A stretch of 57,429 bases of DNA, taken from contig JAUCBJ010009000.1 of assembly GCA_032718475.1 (NCBI GenBank), positions 1 to 57,429 on the forward strand. The letters are read 5' to 3'. The notes beneath the pieces were generated by a model, which was given only the letters and a program-made list of their open reading frames with translations, was not told the origin of the DNA and made no database searches. Positions 33,801-48,800 of the stretch are shown here, piece after piece; positions within the stretch are counted from its first letter, which is position 1; every line of letters begins with the position of its first letter. The translations under genes and the position numbers were made by a program. This DNA is from Nemertoderma westbladi (taxonomy: Eukaryota > Animalia > Xenacoelomorpha).

Positions 33801-36800
33801 TTTACAAAACTTTGGGAAACAAATCTAATTGGCTGGAGTGGTTTCTATACCAACAAATACCCAACCAAGCTTGTTCCCCCAACCTTTGCAAACTCGTTTG
33901 AACGACTTTACAAAACTCTGGGATACAAATCTAATTGGCTGGAGTGGTTTCTATACCAACAAACACCCAATCATGTTTGTTCCCCCGACTTTTGCAAACT
34001 CGTTCGTACGACTTTACAAAACTCTGGGATACAAATCGAATTGGTTGGAGTGGTTTCTATACCAAAAAACACCCATTCATGTTTGTTCCCCCGACTTTTG
34101 CAAACTCGTTCGTACGACTTTACAAAACTTTAGGAAACAAATCTAATTGGCTGGAGTGGTTTCTATACCAACAAACACCCAATCAAGTTTGTTCCCCCAA
34201 CCTTTGCAAACTCGTTTGAACGACTTTACAAAACTCAGGGAAACAAATCTAATTGGCTGGAGTGGTTTCTATACCAACAAACACCCAATCATGTTTGTTC
34301 CCCCGACTTTTGCAAACTCGTTCGTACGACTTTACAAAACTTTGGGAAACAAATCTAATTGGCTGGAGTGGTTTCTATACCAACAAACACCCAATCATGT
34401 TTGTTCCCCCGACTTTTGCAAACTCGTTCGTACGACTTTACAAAACTTTGGGAAACAAATCTAATTGGCTGGAGTGGTTTCTATACCAAAAAACACCCAA
34501 TCATGTTTGTTCCCCCGACTTTTGCAAACTCGTTCGTACGACTTTACAAAACTCTGGGAAACAAATCTAATTGGCTGGAGTGGTTTCTATACCAACAAAT
34601 ACCCAACCAAGCTTGTTCCCCCAACCTTTGCAAACTCGTTTGAACGACTTTACAAAACTCTGGGATACAAATCTAATTGGCTGGAGTGGTTTCTATACCA
34701 AAAAACACCCAATCATGTTTGTTCCCCCGACTTTTGCAAACTCGTTTGAACGACTTACAAAACTTTGGGAAACAAATCTAATTGGCTGGAGTGGTTTCTA
34801 TACCAAAAAACACCCAATCATGTTTGTTCCCCCGACTTTTGCAAACTCGTTCGTACGACTTTACAAAACTCTGGGAAACAAATCTAATTGGCTGGAGTGG
34901 TTTCTATACCAACAAATACCCAACCAAGCTTGTTCCCCCAACCTTTGCAAACTCGTTTGAACGACTTTACAAAACTCTGGGATACAAATCTAATTGGCTG
35001 GAGTGGTTTCTATACCAAAAAACACCCAATCATGTTTGTTCCCCCGACTTTTGCAAACTCGTTCGTACGACTTTACAAAACTTTGGGAAACAAATCTAAT
35101 TGGCTGGAGTGGTTTCTATACCAACAAATACCCAACCAAGCTTGTTCCCCCAACCTTTGCAAACTCGTTTGAACGACTTTACAAAACTCTGGGATACAAA
35201 TCTAATTGGCTGGAGTGGTTTCTATACCAACAAACACCCAATCATGTTTGTTCCCCCGACTTTTGCAAACTCGTTCGAACGACTTTACAAAACTAAGGGA
35301 AACAAATCTAATTGGCTGGAGTGGTTTCTATACCAACAAACACTCAATCATGTTTGTTCCCCCTACTTTTGCAAACTCGTTCGAACGACTTTACAATACT
35401 TTGGGAAACAAATCTAATTGGCTGGAGTGGTTTCTATACCAACAAACACCCAATCATGTTTGTTCCCCCGACTTTTGCAAACTCGTTCGAACGACTTTAC
35501 AATACTTTGGGAAACAAATCTAATTGGCTGGAGTGGTTTCTATACCAACAAATACCCAACCAAGCTTGTTCCCCCAACCTTTGCAAACTCGGTTGAACGA
35601 CTTTACAAAACTCTGGGATACAAATCTAATTGGCTGGAGTGGTTTCTATACCAAAAAACACCCAATCATGTTTGTTCCCCCGACTTTTGCAAACTCGTTC
35701 GAACGACTTTACAATACTTTGGGAAACAAATCTAATTGGCTGGAGTGGTTTCTATACCAAAAAACACCCAATCAAGTTTGTTCCCCCGACTTTTGCAAAC
35801 TCGTTCGAACGACTTTACAAAACTCTGGGATACAAATCTAATTGGCTGGAGTGGTTTCCATACCAACAAACACCCAATCAAGTTTGTTCCCCCGACTTTT
35901 GCAAACTCGTTCGAACGACTTTACAAAACTCTGGGATACAAATCTAATTGGCTGGAGTGGTTTCCATACCAACAAACACCCAATCAAGTTTGTTCCCCCG
36001 ACTTTTGCAAACTCGTTCGTACGACTTTACAAAACTTTGGGAAACAAATCTAATTGGCTGGAGTGGTTTCTATACCAAAAAACACCCAATCAAGTTTGTT
36101 CCCCCGACTTTTGCAAACTCGTTCGAACGACTTTACAAAACTCTGGGATACAAATCTAATTGGCTGGAGTGGTTTCCATACCAACAAACACCCAATCAAG
36201 TTTGTTCCCCCGACTTTTGCAAACTCGTTCGTACGACTTTACAAAACTCAGGGAAACAAATCTAATTGGCTGGAGTGGTTTCTATACCAAAAAACACCCA
36301 ATCAAGTTTGTTCCCCCGACTTTTGCAAACTCGTTCGTACGACTTTACAAAACTCAGGGAAACAAATCTAATTGGCTGGAGTGGTTTCTATACCAAAAAA
36401 CACCCAATCAAGTTTGTTCCCCCGACTTTTGCAAACTCGTTCGAACGACTTTACAAAACTCTGGGATACAAATCTAATTGGCTGGAGTGGTTTCCATACC
36501 AACAAACACCCAATCAAGTTTGTTCCCCCGACTTTTGCAAACTCGTTCGAACGACTTTACAAAACTCTGGGATACAAATCTAATTGGCTGGAGTGGTTTC
36601 CATACCAACAAACACCCAATCAAGTTTGTTCCCCCGACTTTTGCAAACTCGTTCGTACGACTTTACAAAACTTTGGGAAACAAATCTAATTGGCTGGAGT
36701 GGTTTCTATACCAACAAATACCCAACCAAGCTTGTTCCCCCAACCTTTGCAAACTCGTTTGAACGACTTTACAAAACTTTGGGAAACAAATCTAATTGGC

Positions 36801-39800
36801 TGGAGTGGTTTCTATACCAAAAAACACCCAATCATGTTTGTTCCCCCGACTTTTGCAAACTCGTTTGAACGACTTTACAAAACTTTGGGAAACAAATCTA
36901 ATTGGCTGGAGTGGTTTCTATACCAACAAATACCCAACCAAGCTTGTTCCCCCAACCTTTGCAAACTCGTTTGAACGACTTTACAAAACTCTGGGATACA
37001 AATCTAATTGGCTGGAGTGGTTTCTATACCAACAAACACCCAATCATGTTTGTTCCCCCGACTTTTGCAAACTCGTTCGTACGACTTTACAAAACTTTGG
37101 GAAACAAATCTAATTGGCTGGAGTGGTTTCTATACCAACAAACACCCAATCAAGTTTGTTCCCCCAACCTTTGCAAACTCGTTTGAACGACTTTACAAAA
37201 CTCAGGGAAACAAATCTAATTGGCTGGAGTGGTTTCTATACCAACAAACACCCAATCATGTTTGTTCCCCCGACTTTTGCAAACTCGTTCGTACGACTTT
37301 ACAAAACTTTGGGAAACAAATCTAATTGGCTGGAGTGGTTTCTATACCAACAAACACCCAATCATGTTTGTTCCCCCGACTTTTGCAAACTCGTTCGTAC
37401 GACTTTACAAAACTTTGGGAAACAAATCTAATTGGCTGGAGTGGTTTCTATACCAAAAAACACCCAATCATGTTTGTTCCCCCGACTTTTGCAAACTCGT
37501 TCGTACGACTTTACAAAACTCTGGGAAACAAATCTAATTGGCTGGAGTGGTTTCTATACCAACAAATACCCAACCAAGCTTGTTCCCCCAACCTTTGCAA
37601 ACTCGTTTGAACGACTTTACAAAACTCTGGGATACAAATCTAATTGGCTGGAGTGGTTTCTATACCAACAAACACCCAATCATGTTTGTTCCCCCGACTT
37701 TTGCAAACTCGTTTGAACGACTTACAAAACTTTGGGAAACAAATCTAATTGGCTGGAGTGGTTTCTATACCAAAAAACACCCAATCATGTTTGTTCCCCC
37801 GACTTTTGCAAACTCGTTCGTACGACTTTACAAAACTCTGGGAAACAAATCTAATTGGCTGGAGTGGTTTCTATACCAACAAATACCCAACCAAGCTTGT
37901 TCCCCCAACCTTTGCAAACTCGTTTGAACGACTTTACAAAACTCTGGGATACAAATCTAATTGGCTGGAGTGGTTTCTATACCAACAAATACCCAACCAA
38001 GCTTGTTCCCCCAACCTTTGCAAACTCGTTTGAACGACTTTACAAAACTCTGGGATACAAATCTAATTGGCTGGAGTGGTTTCCATACCAAAAAACACCC
38101 AATCATGTTTGTTCCCCCGACTTTTGCAAACTCGTTCGTACGACTTTACAAAACTTTGGGAAACAAATCTAATTGGCTGGATTGGTTTCTATACCAACAA
38201 ATACCCAACCAAGCTTGTTCCCCCAACCTTTGCAAACTCGTTTGAACGACTTTACAAAACTCTGGGATACAAATCTAATTGGCTGGAGTGGTTTCTATAC
38301 CAACAAATACCCAACCAAGCTTGTTCCCCCAACCTTTGCAAACTCGTTTGAACGACTTTACAAAACTCTGGGATACAAATCTAATTGGCTGGAGTGGTTT
38401 CTATACCAAAAAACACCCAATCATGTTTGTTCCCCCGACTTTTGCAAACTCGTTCGTACGACTTTACAAAACTTTGGGAAACAAATCTAATTGGCTGGAT
38501 TGGTTTCTATACCAACAAATACCCAACCAAGCTTGTTCCCCCAACCTTTGCAAACTCGTTTGAACGACTTTACAAAACTCTGGGATACAAATCTAATTGG
38601 CTGGAGTGGTTTCTATACCAACAAACACCCAATCATGTTTGTTCCCCCGACTTTTGCAAACTCGTTCGAACGACTTTACAAAACTAAGGGAAACAAATCT
38701 AATTGGCTGGAGTGGTTTCTATACCAACAAACACCCAATCATGTTTGTTCCCCCTACTTTTGCAAACTCGTTCGAACGACTTTACAATACTTTGGGAAAC
38801 AAATCTAATTGGCTGGAGTGGTTTCTATACCAACAAACACCCAATCATGTTTGTTCCCCCTACTTTTGCAAACTCGTTCGAACGACTTTACAATACTTTG
38901 GGAAACAAATCTAATTGGCTGGAGTGGTTTCTATACCAACAAATACCCAACCAAGCTTGTTCCCCCAACCTTTGCAAACTCGGTTGAACGACTTTACAAA
39001 ACTCTGGGATACAAATCTAATTGGCTGGAGTGGTTTCTATACCAAAAAACACCCAATCATGTTTGTTCCCCCTACTTTTGCAAACTCGTTCGAACGACTT
39101 TACAATACTTTGGAAAACAAATCTAATTGGCTGGAGTGGTTTCTATACCAAAAAACACCCAATCAAGTTTGTTCCCCCGACTTTTGCAAACTCGTTCGAA
39201 CGACTTTACAAAACTCTGGGATACAAATCTAATTGGCTGGAGTGGTTTCCATACCAACAAACACCCAATCAAGTTTGTTCCCCCGACTTTTGCAAACTCG
39301 TTCGAACGACTTTACAAAACTCTGGGATACAAATCTAATTGGCTGGAGTGGTTTCCATACCAACAAACACCCAATCAAGTTTGTTCCCCCGACTTTTGCA
39401 AACTCGTTCGTACGACTTTACAAAACTTTGGGAAACAAATCTAATTGGCTGGAGTGGTTTCTATACCAAAAAACACCCAATCAAGTTTGTTCCCCCGACT
39501 TTTGCAAACTCGTTCGAACGACTTTACAAAACTCTGGGATACAAATCTAATTGGCTGGAGTGGTTTCCATACCAACAAACACCCAATCAAGTTTGTTCCC
39601 CCGACTTTTGCAAACTCGTTCGTACGACTTTACAAAACTCAGGGAAACAAATCTAATTGGCTGGAGTGGTTTCTATACCAAAAAACACCCAATCAAGTTT
39701 GTTCCCCCGACTTTTGCAAACTCGTTCGAACGACTTTACAAAACTCTGGGATACAAATCTAATTGGCTGGAGTGGTTTCCATACCAACAAACACCCAATC

Positions 39801-42800
39801 AAGTTTGTTCCCCCGACTTTTGCAAACTCGTTCGAACGACTTTACAAAACTCTGGGATACAAATCTAATTGGCTGGAGTGGTTTCCATACCAACAAACAC
39901 CCAATCAAGTTTGTTCCCCCGACTTTTGCAAACTCGTTCGTACGACTTTACAAAACTCAGGGAAACAAATCTAATTGGCTGGAGTGGTTTCTATACCAAA
40001 AAACACCCAATCAAGTTTGTTCCCCCGACTTTTGCAAACTCGTTCGAACGACTTTACAAAACTCTGGGATACAAATCTAATTGGCTGGAGTGGTTTCCAT
40101 ACCAACAAACACCCAATCAAGTTTGTTCCCCCGACTTTTGCAAACTCGTTCGAACGACTTTACAAAACTCTGGGATACAAATCTAATTGGCTGGAGTGGT
40201 TTCCATACCAACAAACACCCAATCAAGTTTGTTCCCCCGACTTTTGCAAACTCGTTCGTACGACTTTACAAAACTTTGGGAAACAAATCTAATTGGCTGG
40301 AGTGGTTTCTATACCAACAAATACCCAACCAAGCTTGTTCCCCCAACCTTTGCAAACTCGTTTGAACGACTTTACAAAACTTTGGGAAACAAATCTAATT
40401 GGCTGGAGTGGTTTCTATACCAAAAAACACCCAATCATGTTTGTTCCCCCGACTTTTGCAAACTCGTTTGAACGACTTTACAAAACTTTGGGAAACAAAT
40501 CTAATTGGCTGGAGTGGTTTCTATACCAACAAATACCCAACCAAGCTTGTTCCCCCAACCTTTGCAAACTCGTTTGAACGACTTTACAAAACTCTGGGAT
40601 ACAAATCTAATTGGCTGGAGTGGTTTCTATACCAAAAAACACCCAATCATGTTTGTTCCCCCGACTTTTGCAAACTCGTTTGAACGACTTTACAAAACTT
40701 TGGGATACAAATCTAATTGGCTGGAGTGGTTTCCATACCAACAAACACCCAATCAAGTTTGTTCCCCCGACATTTGCAAACTCGTTCGAACGACTTTACA
40801 AAACTCTGGGATACAAATCTAATTGGCTGGAGTGGTTTCCATACCAACAAACACCCAATCAAGTTTGTTCCCCCGACTTTTGCAAACTCGTTCGTACGAC
40901 TTTACAAAACTCTGGGATACAAATCTAATTGGCTGGAGTGGTTTCCATACCAACAAACACCCAATCAAGTTTGTTCCCCCGACTTTTGCAAACTCGTTCG
41001 TACGACTTTACAAAACTTTGGGAAACAAATCTAATTGGCTGGAGTGGTTTCTATACCAACAAATACCCAACCAAGCTTGTTCCCCCAACCTTTGCAAACT
41101 CGTTTGAACGACTTTACAAAACTCTGGGATACAAATCTAATTGGCTGGAGTGGTTTCTATACCAACAAATACCCAACCAAGCTTGTTCCCCCAACCTTTG
41201 CAAACTCGTTTGAACGACTTTACAAAACTCTGGGATACAAATCTAATTGGCTGGAGTGGTTTCTATACCAAAAAACACCCAATCAAGTTTGTTCCCCCGA
41301 CTTTTGCAAACTCGTTCGAACGACTTTACAAAACTCTGGGATACAAATCTAATTGGCTGGAGTGGTTTCCATACCAACAAACACCCAATCAAGTTTGTTC
41401 CCCCGACTTTTGCAAACTCGTTCGAACGACTTTACAAAACTCTGGGATACAAATCTAATTGGCTGGAGTGGTTTCCATACCAACAAACACCCAATCAAGT
41501 TTGTTCCCCCGACTTTTGCAAACTCGTTCGTACGACTTTACAAAACTTTGGGAAACAAATCTAATTGGCTGGAGTGGTTTCTATACCAAAAAACACCCAA
41601 TCATGTTTGTTCCCCCGACTTTTGCAAACTCGTTCGTACGACTTTACAAAACTCTGGGAAACAAATCTAATTGGCTGGAGTGGTTTCTATACCAACAAAT
41701 ACCCAACCAAGCTTGTTCCCCCAACCTTTGCAAACTCGTTTGAACGACTTTACAAAACTCTGGGATACAAATCTAATTGGCTGGAGTGGTTTCTATACCA
41801 ACAAATACCCAACCAAGCTTGTTCCCCCAACCTTTGCAAACTCGTTTGAACGACTTTACAAAACTCTGGGATACAAATCTAATTGGCTGGAGTGGTTTCC
41901 ATACCAAAAAACACCCAATCATGTTTGTTCCCCCGACTTTTGCAAACTCGTTCGTACGACTTTACAAAACTTTGGGAAACAAATCTAATTGGCTGGATTG
42001 GTTTCTATACCAACAAATACCCAACCAAGCTTGTTCCCCCAACCTTTGCAAACTCGTTTGAACGACTTTACAAAACTCTGGGATACAAATCTAATTGGCT
42101 GGAGTGGTTTCTATACCAACAAATACCCAACCAAGCTTGTTCCCCCAACCTTTGCAAACTCGTTTGAACGACTTTACAAAACTCTGGGATACAAATCTAA
42201 TTGGCTGGAGTGGTTTCTATACCAAAAAACACCCAATCATGTTTGTTCCCCCGACTTTTGCAAACTCGTTCGTACGACTTTACAAAACTTTGGGAAACAA
42301 ATCTAATTGGCTGGATTGGTTTCTATACCAACAAATACCCAACCAAGCTTGTTCCCCCAACCTTTGCAAACTCGTTTGAACGACTTTACAAAACTCTGGG
42401 ATACAAATCTAATTGGCTGGAGTGGTTTCTATACCAACAAACACCCAATCATGTTTGTTCCCCCGACTTTTGCAAACTCGTTCGAACGACTTTACAAAAC
42501 TAAGGGAAACAAATCTAATTGGCTGGAGTGGTTTCTATACCAACAAACACCCAATCATGTTTGTTCCCCCTACTTTTGCAAACTCGTTCGAACGACTTTA
42601 CAATACTTTGGGAAACAAATCTAATTGGCTGGAGTGGTTTCTATACCAACAAACACCCAATCATGTTTGTTCCCCCTACTTTTGCAAACTCGTTCGAACG
42701 ACTTTACAATACTTTGGGAAACAAATCTAATTGGCTGGAGTGGTTTCTATACCAACAAATACCCAACCAAGCTTGTTCCCCCAACCTTTGCAAACTCGGT

Positions 42801-45800
42801 TGAACGACTTTACAAAACTCTGGGATACAAATCTAATTGGCTGGAGTGGTTTCTATACCAAAAAACACCCAATCATGTTTGTTCCCCCTACTTTTGCAAA
42901 CTCGTTCGAACGACTTTACAATACTTTGGAAAACAAATCTAATTGGCTGGAGTGGTTTCTATACCAAAAAACACCCAATCAAGTTTGTTCCCCCGACTTT
43001 TGCAAACTCGTTCGAACGACTTTACAAAACTCTGGGATACAAATCTAATTGGCTGGAGTGGTTTCCATACCAACAAACACCCAATCAAGTTTGTTCCCCC
43101 GACTTTTGCAAACTCGTTCGAACGACTTTACAAAACTCTGGGATACAAATCTAATTGGCTGGAGTGGTTTCCATACCAACAAACACCCAATCAAGTTTGT
43201 TCCCCCGACTTTTGCAAACTCGTTCGTACGACTTTACAAAACTTTGGGAAACAAATCTAATTGGCTGGAGTGGTTTCTATACCAAAAAACACCCAATCAA
43301 GTTTGTTCCCCCGACTTTTGCAAACTCGTTCGAACGACTTTACAAAACTCTGGGATACAAATCTAATTGGCTGGAGTGGTTTCCATACCAACAAACACCC
43401 AATCAAGTTTGTTCCCCCGACTTTTGCAAACTCGTTCGTACGACTTTACAAAACTCAGGGAAACAAATCTAATTGGCTGGAGTGGTTTCTATACCAAAAA
43501 ACACCCAATCAAGTTTGTTCCCCCGACTTTTGCAAACTCGTTCGAACGACTTTACAAAACTCTGGGATACAAATCTAATTGGCTGGAGTGGTTTCCATAC
43601 CAACAAACACCCAATCAAGTTTGTTCCCCCGACTTTTGCAAACTCGTTCGAACGACTTTACAAAACTCTGGGATACAAATCTAATTGGCTGGAGTGGTTT
43701 CCATACCAACAAACACCCAATCAAGTTTGTTCCCCCGACTTTTGCAAACTCGTTCGTACGACTTTACAAAACTCAGGGAAACAAATCTAATTGGCTGGAG
43801 TGGTTTCTATACCAAAAAACACCCAATCAAGTTTGTTCCCCCGACTTTTGCAAACTCGTTCGAACGACTTTACAAAACTCTGGGATACAAATCTAATTGG
43901 CTGGAGTGGTTTCCATACCAACAAACACCCAATCAAGTTTGTTCCCCCGACTTTTGCAAACTCGTTCGAACGACTTTACAAAACTCTGGGATACAAATCT
44001 AATTGGCTGGAGTGGTTTCCATACCAACAAACACCCAATCAAGTTTGTTCCCCCGACTTTTGCAAACTCGTTCGTACGACTTTACAAAACTTTGGGAAAC
44101 AAATCTAATTGGCTGGAGTGGTTTCTATACCAACAAATACCCAACCAAGCTTGTTCCCCCAACCTTTGCAAACTCGTTTGAACGACTTTACAAAACTTTG
44201 GGAAACAAATCTAATTGGCTGGAGTGGTTTCTATACCAAAAAACACCCAATCATGTTTGTTCCCCCGACTTTTGCAAACTCGTTTGAACGACTTTACAAA
44301 ACTTTGGGAAACAAATCTAATTGGCTGGAGTGGTTTCTATACCAACAAATACCCAACCAAGCTTGTTCCCCCAACCTTTGCAAACTCGTTTGAACGACTT
44401 TACAAAACTCTGGGATACAAATCTAATTGGCTGGAGTGGTTTCTATACCAAAAAACACCCAATCATGTTTGTTCCCCCGACTTTTGCAAACTCGTTTGAA
44501 CGACTTTACAAAACTTTGGGATACAAATCTAATTGGCTGGAGTGGTTTCCATACCAACAAACACCCAATCAAGTTTGTTCCCCCGACCTTTGCAAACTCG
44601 TTCGAACGACTTTACAAAACTCTGGGATACAAATCTAATTGGCTGGAGTGGTTTCCATACCAACAAACACCCAATCAAGTTTGTTCCCCCGACTTTTGCA
44701 AACTCGTTCGTACGACTTTACAAAACTCTGGGATACAAATCTAATTGGCTGGAGTGGTTTCCATACCAACAAACACCCAATCAAGTTTGTTCCCCCGACT
44801 TTTGCAAACTCGTTCGTACGACTTTACAAAACTTTGGGAAACAAATCTAATTGGCTGGAGTGGTTTCTATACCAACAAATACCCAACCAAGCTTGTTCCC
44901 CCAACCTTTGCAAACTCGTTTGAACGACTTTACAAAACTCTGGGATACAAATCTAATTGGCTGGAGTGGTTTCTATACCAACAAATACCCAACCAAGCTT
45001 GTTCCCCCAACCTTTGCAAACTCGTTTGAACGACTTTACAAAACTCTGGGATACAAATCTAATTGGCTGGAGTGGTTTCTATACCAAAAAACACCCAATC
45101 ATGTTTGTTCCCCCGACTTTTGCAAACTCGTTTGAACGACTTTACAAAACTTTGGGATACAAATCTAATTGGCTGGAGTGGTTTCCATACCAACAAACAC
45201 CCAATCAAGTTTGTTCCCCCGACCTTTGCAAACTCGTTCGAACGACTTTACAAAACTCTGGGATACAAATCTAATTGGCTGGAGTGGTTTCCATACCAAC
45301 AAACACCCAATCAAGTTTGTTCCCCCGACTTTTGCAAACTCGTTCGTACGACTTTACAAAACTCTGGGATACAAATCTAATTGGCTGGAGTGGTTTCTAT
45401 ACCAAAAAACACCCAATCATGTTTGTTTCCACGACTTTTGCAAACTCGTTCGAACGACTTTACAAAACTCTGGGATACAAATCTAATTGGCTGGAGTGGT
45501 TTCTATACCAACAAACACCCAATCAAGTTTGTTCCCCCGACTTTTGCAAACTCGTTTGAACGACTTTACAAAACTCTGGGATACAAATCTAATTGGCTGG
45601 AGTGGTTTCCATACCAACAAACACCCAATCAAGTTTGTTCCCCCGACTTTTGCAAACTCGTTCGTACGACTTTACAAAACTTTGGGAAACAAATCTAATT
45701 GGCTGGAGTGGTTTCTATACCAAAAAAACACCCAATCATGTTTGTTCCCCCGACTTTTGCAAACTCGTTTGAACGACGTTACAAAACTAAGGGAAACAAA

Positions 45801-48800
45801 TCTAATTGGCTGGAGTGGTTTCTATACCAAAAAATACCCAACCAAGCTTGTTCCCCCAACCTTTGCAAACTCGTTTGAACGACTTTATAAAACTCAGGGA
45901 AACAAATCTAATTGGCTGGAGTGGTTTCTATACCAACAAATACCCAACCAAGCTTGTTCCCCCGACTTTTGCAATCTCGTTCGAACGACTTTACAAAACT
46001 AAGGGAAACAAATCTAATTGGCTGGAGTGGTTTCTATACCAACAAATACCCAACCAAGCTTGTTCCCCCAACCTTTGCAAACTCGTTTGAACGACTTTAC
46101 AAAACTCAGGGAAACAAATCTAATTGGCTGGAGTGGTTTCTATACCAAAAAACATCCAATCATGTTTGTTCCCCCGACTTTTGCAAACTCGTTCGTACGA
46201 CTTTACAAAACTTTGGGAAACAAATCTAATTGGCTGGAGTGGTTTCTATACCAACAAATACCCAACCAAGCTTGTTCCCCCAACCTTTGCAAACTCGTTT
46301 GAACGACTTTACAAAACTCTGGGATACAAATCTAATTGGCTGGAGTGGTTTCTATACCAAAAAACACCCAATCATGTTTGTTCCCCCGACTTTTGCAAAC
46401 TCGTTTGAACGACTTTACAAAACTAAGGGAAACAAATCTAATTGGCTGGAGTGGTTTCTATACCAACAAATACCCAACCAAGCTTGTTCCCCCAACCTTT
46501 GCAAACTCGTTTGAACGACTTTACAAAACTCTGGGATACAAATCTAATTGGCTGGAGTGGTTTCTATACCAAAAAACACCCAATCATGTTTGTTCCCCCG
46601 ACTTTTGCAAACTCGTTCGAACGACTTTACAAAACTCTGGGATACAAATCTAATTGGCTGGAGTGGTTTCCATACCAACAAACACCCAATCAAGTTTGTT
46701 CCCCCGACTTTTGCAAACTCGTTCGAACGACTTTACAAAACTCTGGGATACAAATCTAATTGGCTGGAGTGGTTTCCATACCAACAAACACCCAATCAAG
46801 TTTGTTCCCCCGACTTTTGCAAACTCGTTCGTACGACTTTACAAAACTTTGGGAAACAAATCTAATTGGCTGGAGTGGTTTCTATACCAACAAACACCCA
46901 ACCAAGCTTGTTCCCCCGACTTTTGCAAACTCGTTTGAACGACTTTACAAAACTCAGGGAAACAAATCTAATTGGCTGGAGTGGTTTCTATACCAAAAAA
47001 CACCCAATCATGTTTGTTCCCCCGACTTTTGCAAACTCGTTCGAACGACTTTACAAAACTTTGGGAAACAAATCTAATTGGCTGGAGTGGTTTCTATACC
47101 AACAAACACCCAATCAAGTTTGTTCCCCCGACTTTTGCAAACTCGTTCGTACGACTTTACAAAACTTTGGGAAACAAATCTAATTGGCTGGAGTGGTTTC
47201 CATACCAACAAACACCCAATCAAGTTTGTTCCCCCGACTTTTGCAAACTCGTTCGTACGACTTTACAAAACTTTGGGAAACAAATCTAATTGGCTGGAGT
47301 GGTTTCTATACCAACAAACACCCAATCAAGTTTGTTCCCCCGACTTTTGCAAACTCGTTCGTACGACTTTACAAAACTTTGGGAAAACAATCTAATTGGC
47401 TGGAGTGGTTTCCATACCAACAAACACCCAATCAAGTTTGTTCCCCCGACTTTTGCAAACTCGTTCGTACGACTTTACAAAACTTTGGGAAACAAATCTA
47501 ATTGGCTGGAGTGGTTTCTATACCAACAAATACCCAACCAAGCTTGTTCCCCCAACCTTTGCAAACTCGTTTGAACGACTTTACAAAACTCTGGGATACA
47601 AATCTAATTGGCTGGAGTGGTTTCTATACCAAAAAACACCCAATCATGTTTGTTCCCCCGACTTTTGCAAACTCGTTTGAACGACTTTACAAAACTTTGG
47701 GATACAAATCTAATTGGCTGGAGTGGTTTCCATACCAACAAACACCCAATCAAGTTTGTTCCCCCGACTTTTGCAAACTCGTTCGTACGACTTTACAAAA
47801 CTTTGGGAAACAAATCTAATTGGCTGGAGTGGTTTCCATACCAACAAACACCCAATCAAGTTTGTTCCCCCGACCTTTGCAAACTCGTTCGAACGACTTT
47901 ACAAAACTCGGGGAAACAAATCTAATTGGCTGGAGTGGTTTCCATACCAACAAACACCCAATCAAGTTTGTTCCCCCGACTTTTGCAAACTCGTTCGTAC
48001 GACTTTACAAAACTTTGGGAAACAAATCTAATTGGCTGGAGTGGTTTCCATACCAACAAACACCCAATCAAGCTTGTTCTCCCGACTTTTGCAAACTCGT
48101 TCGAATGACTTTACAAAACTCTGGGATACAAATCTAATTGGCTGGAGTGGTTTCTATACCAACAAATACCCAACCAAGCTTGTTCCCCCAACCTTTGCAA
48201 ACTCGTTTGAACGACTTTACAAAACTCTGGGATACAAATCTAATTGGCTGGAGTGGTTTCTATACCAAAAAACACCCAATCATGTTTGTTCCCCCGACTT
48301 TTGCAAACTCGTTTGAACGACTTTACAAAACTTTGGGATACAAATCTAATTGGCTGGAGTGGTTTCCATACCAACAAACACCCAATCAAGTTTGTTCTCC
48401 CGACCTTTGCAAACTCGTTCGAACGACTTTACAAAACTCTGGGATACAAATCTAATTGGCTGGAGTGGTTTCTATACCAAAAAACACCCAATCATGTTTG
48501 TTCCCCCGACTTTTGCAAACTCGTTCGAACGACTTTACAAAACTCGGGGAAACAAATCTAATTGGCTGGAGTGGTTTCTATACCAAAAAACACCCAATCA
48601 TGTTTGTTCCCCCGACTTTTGCAAACTCGTTCGAACGACTTTACAAAACTTTGGGAAACAAATCTAATTGGCTGGAGTGGTTTCTATACCAACAAACACC
48701 CAACCAAGCTTGTTCCCCCGACCTTTGCAAACTCGTTCGAACGACTTTACAAAACTCGGGGAAACAAATCTAATTGGCTGGAGTGGTTTCTATACCAAAA

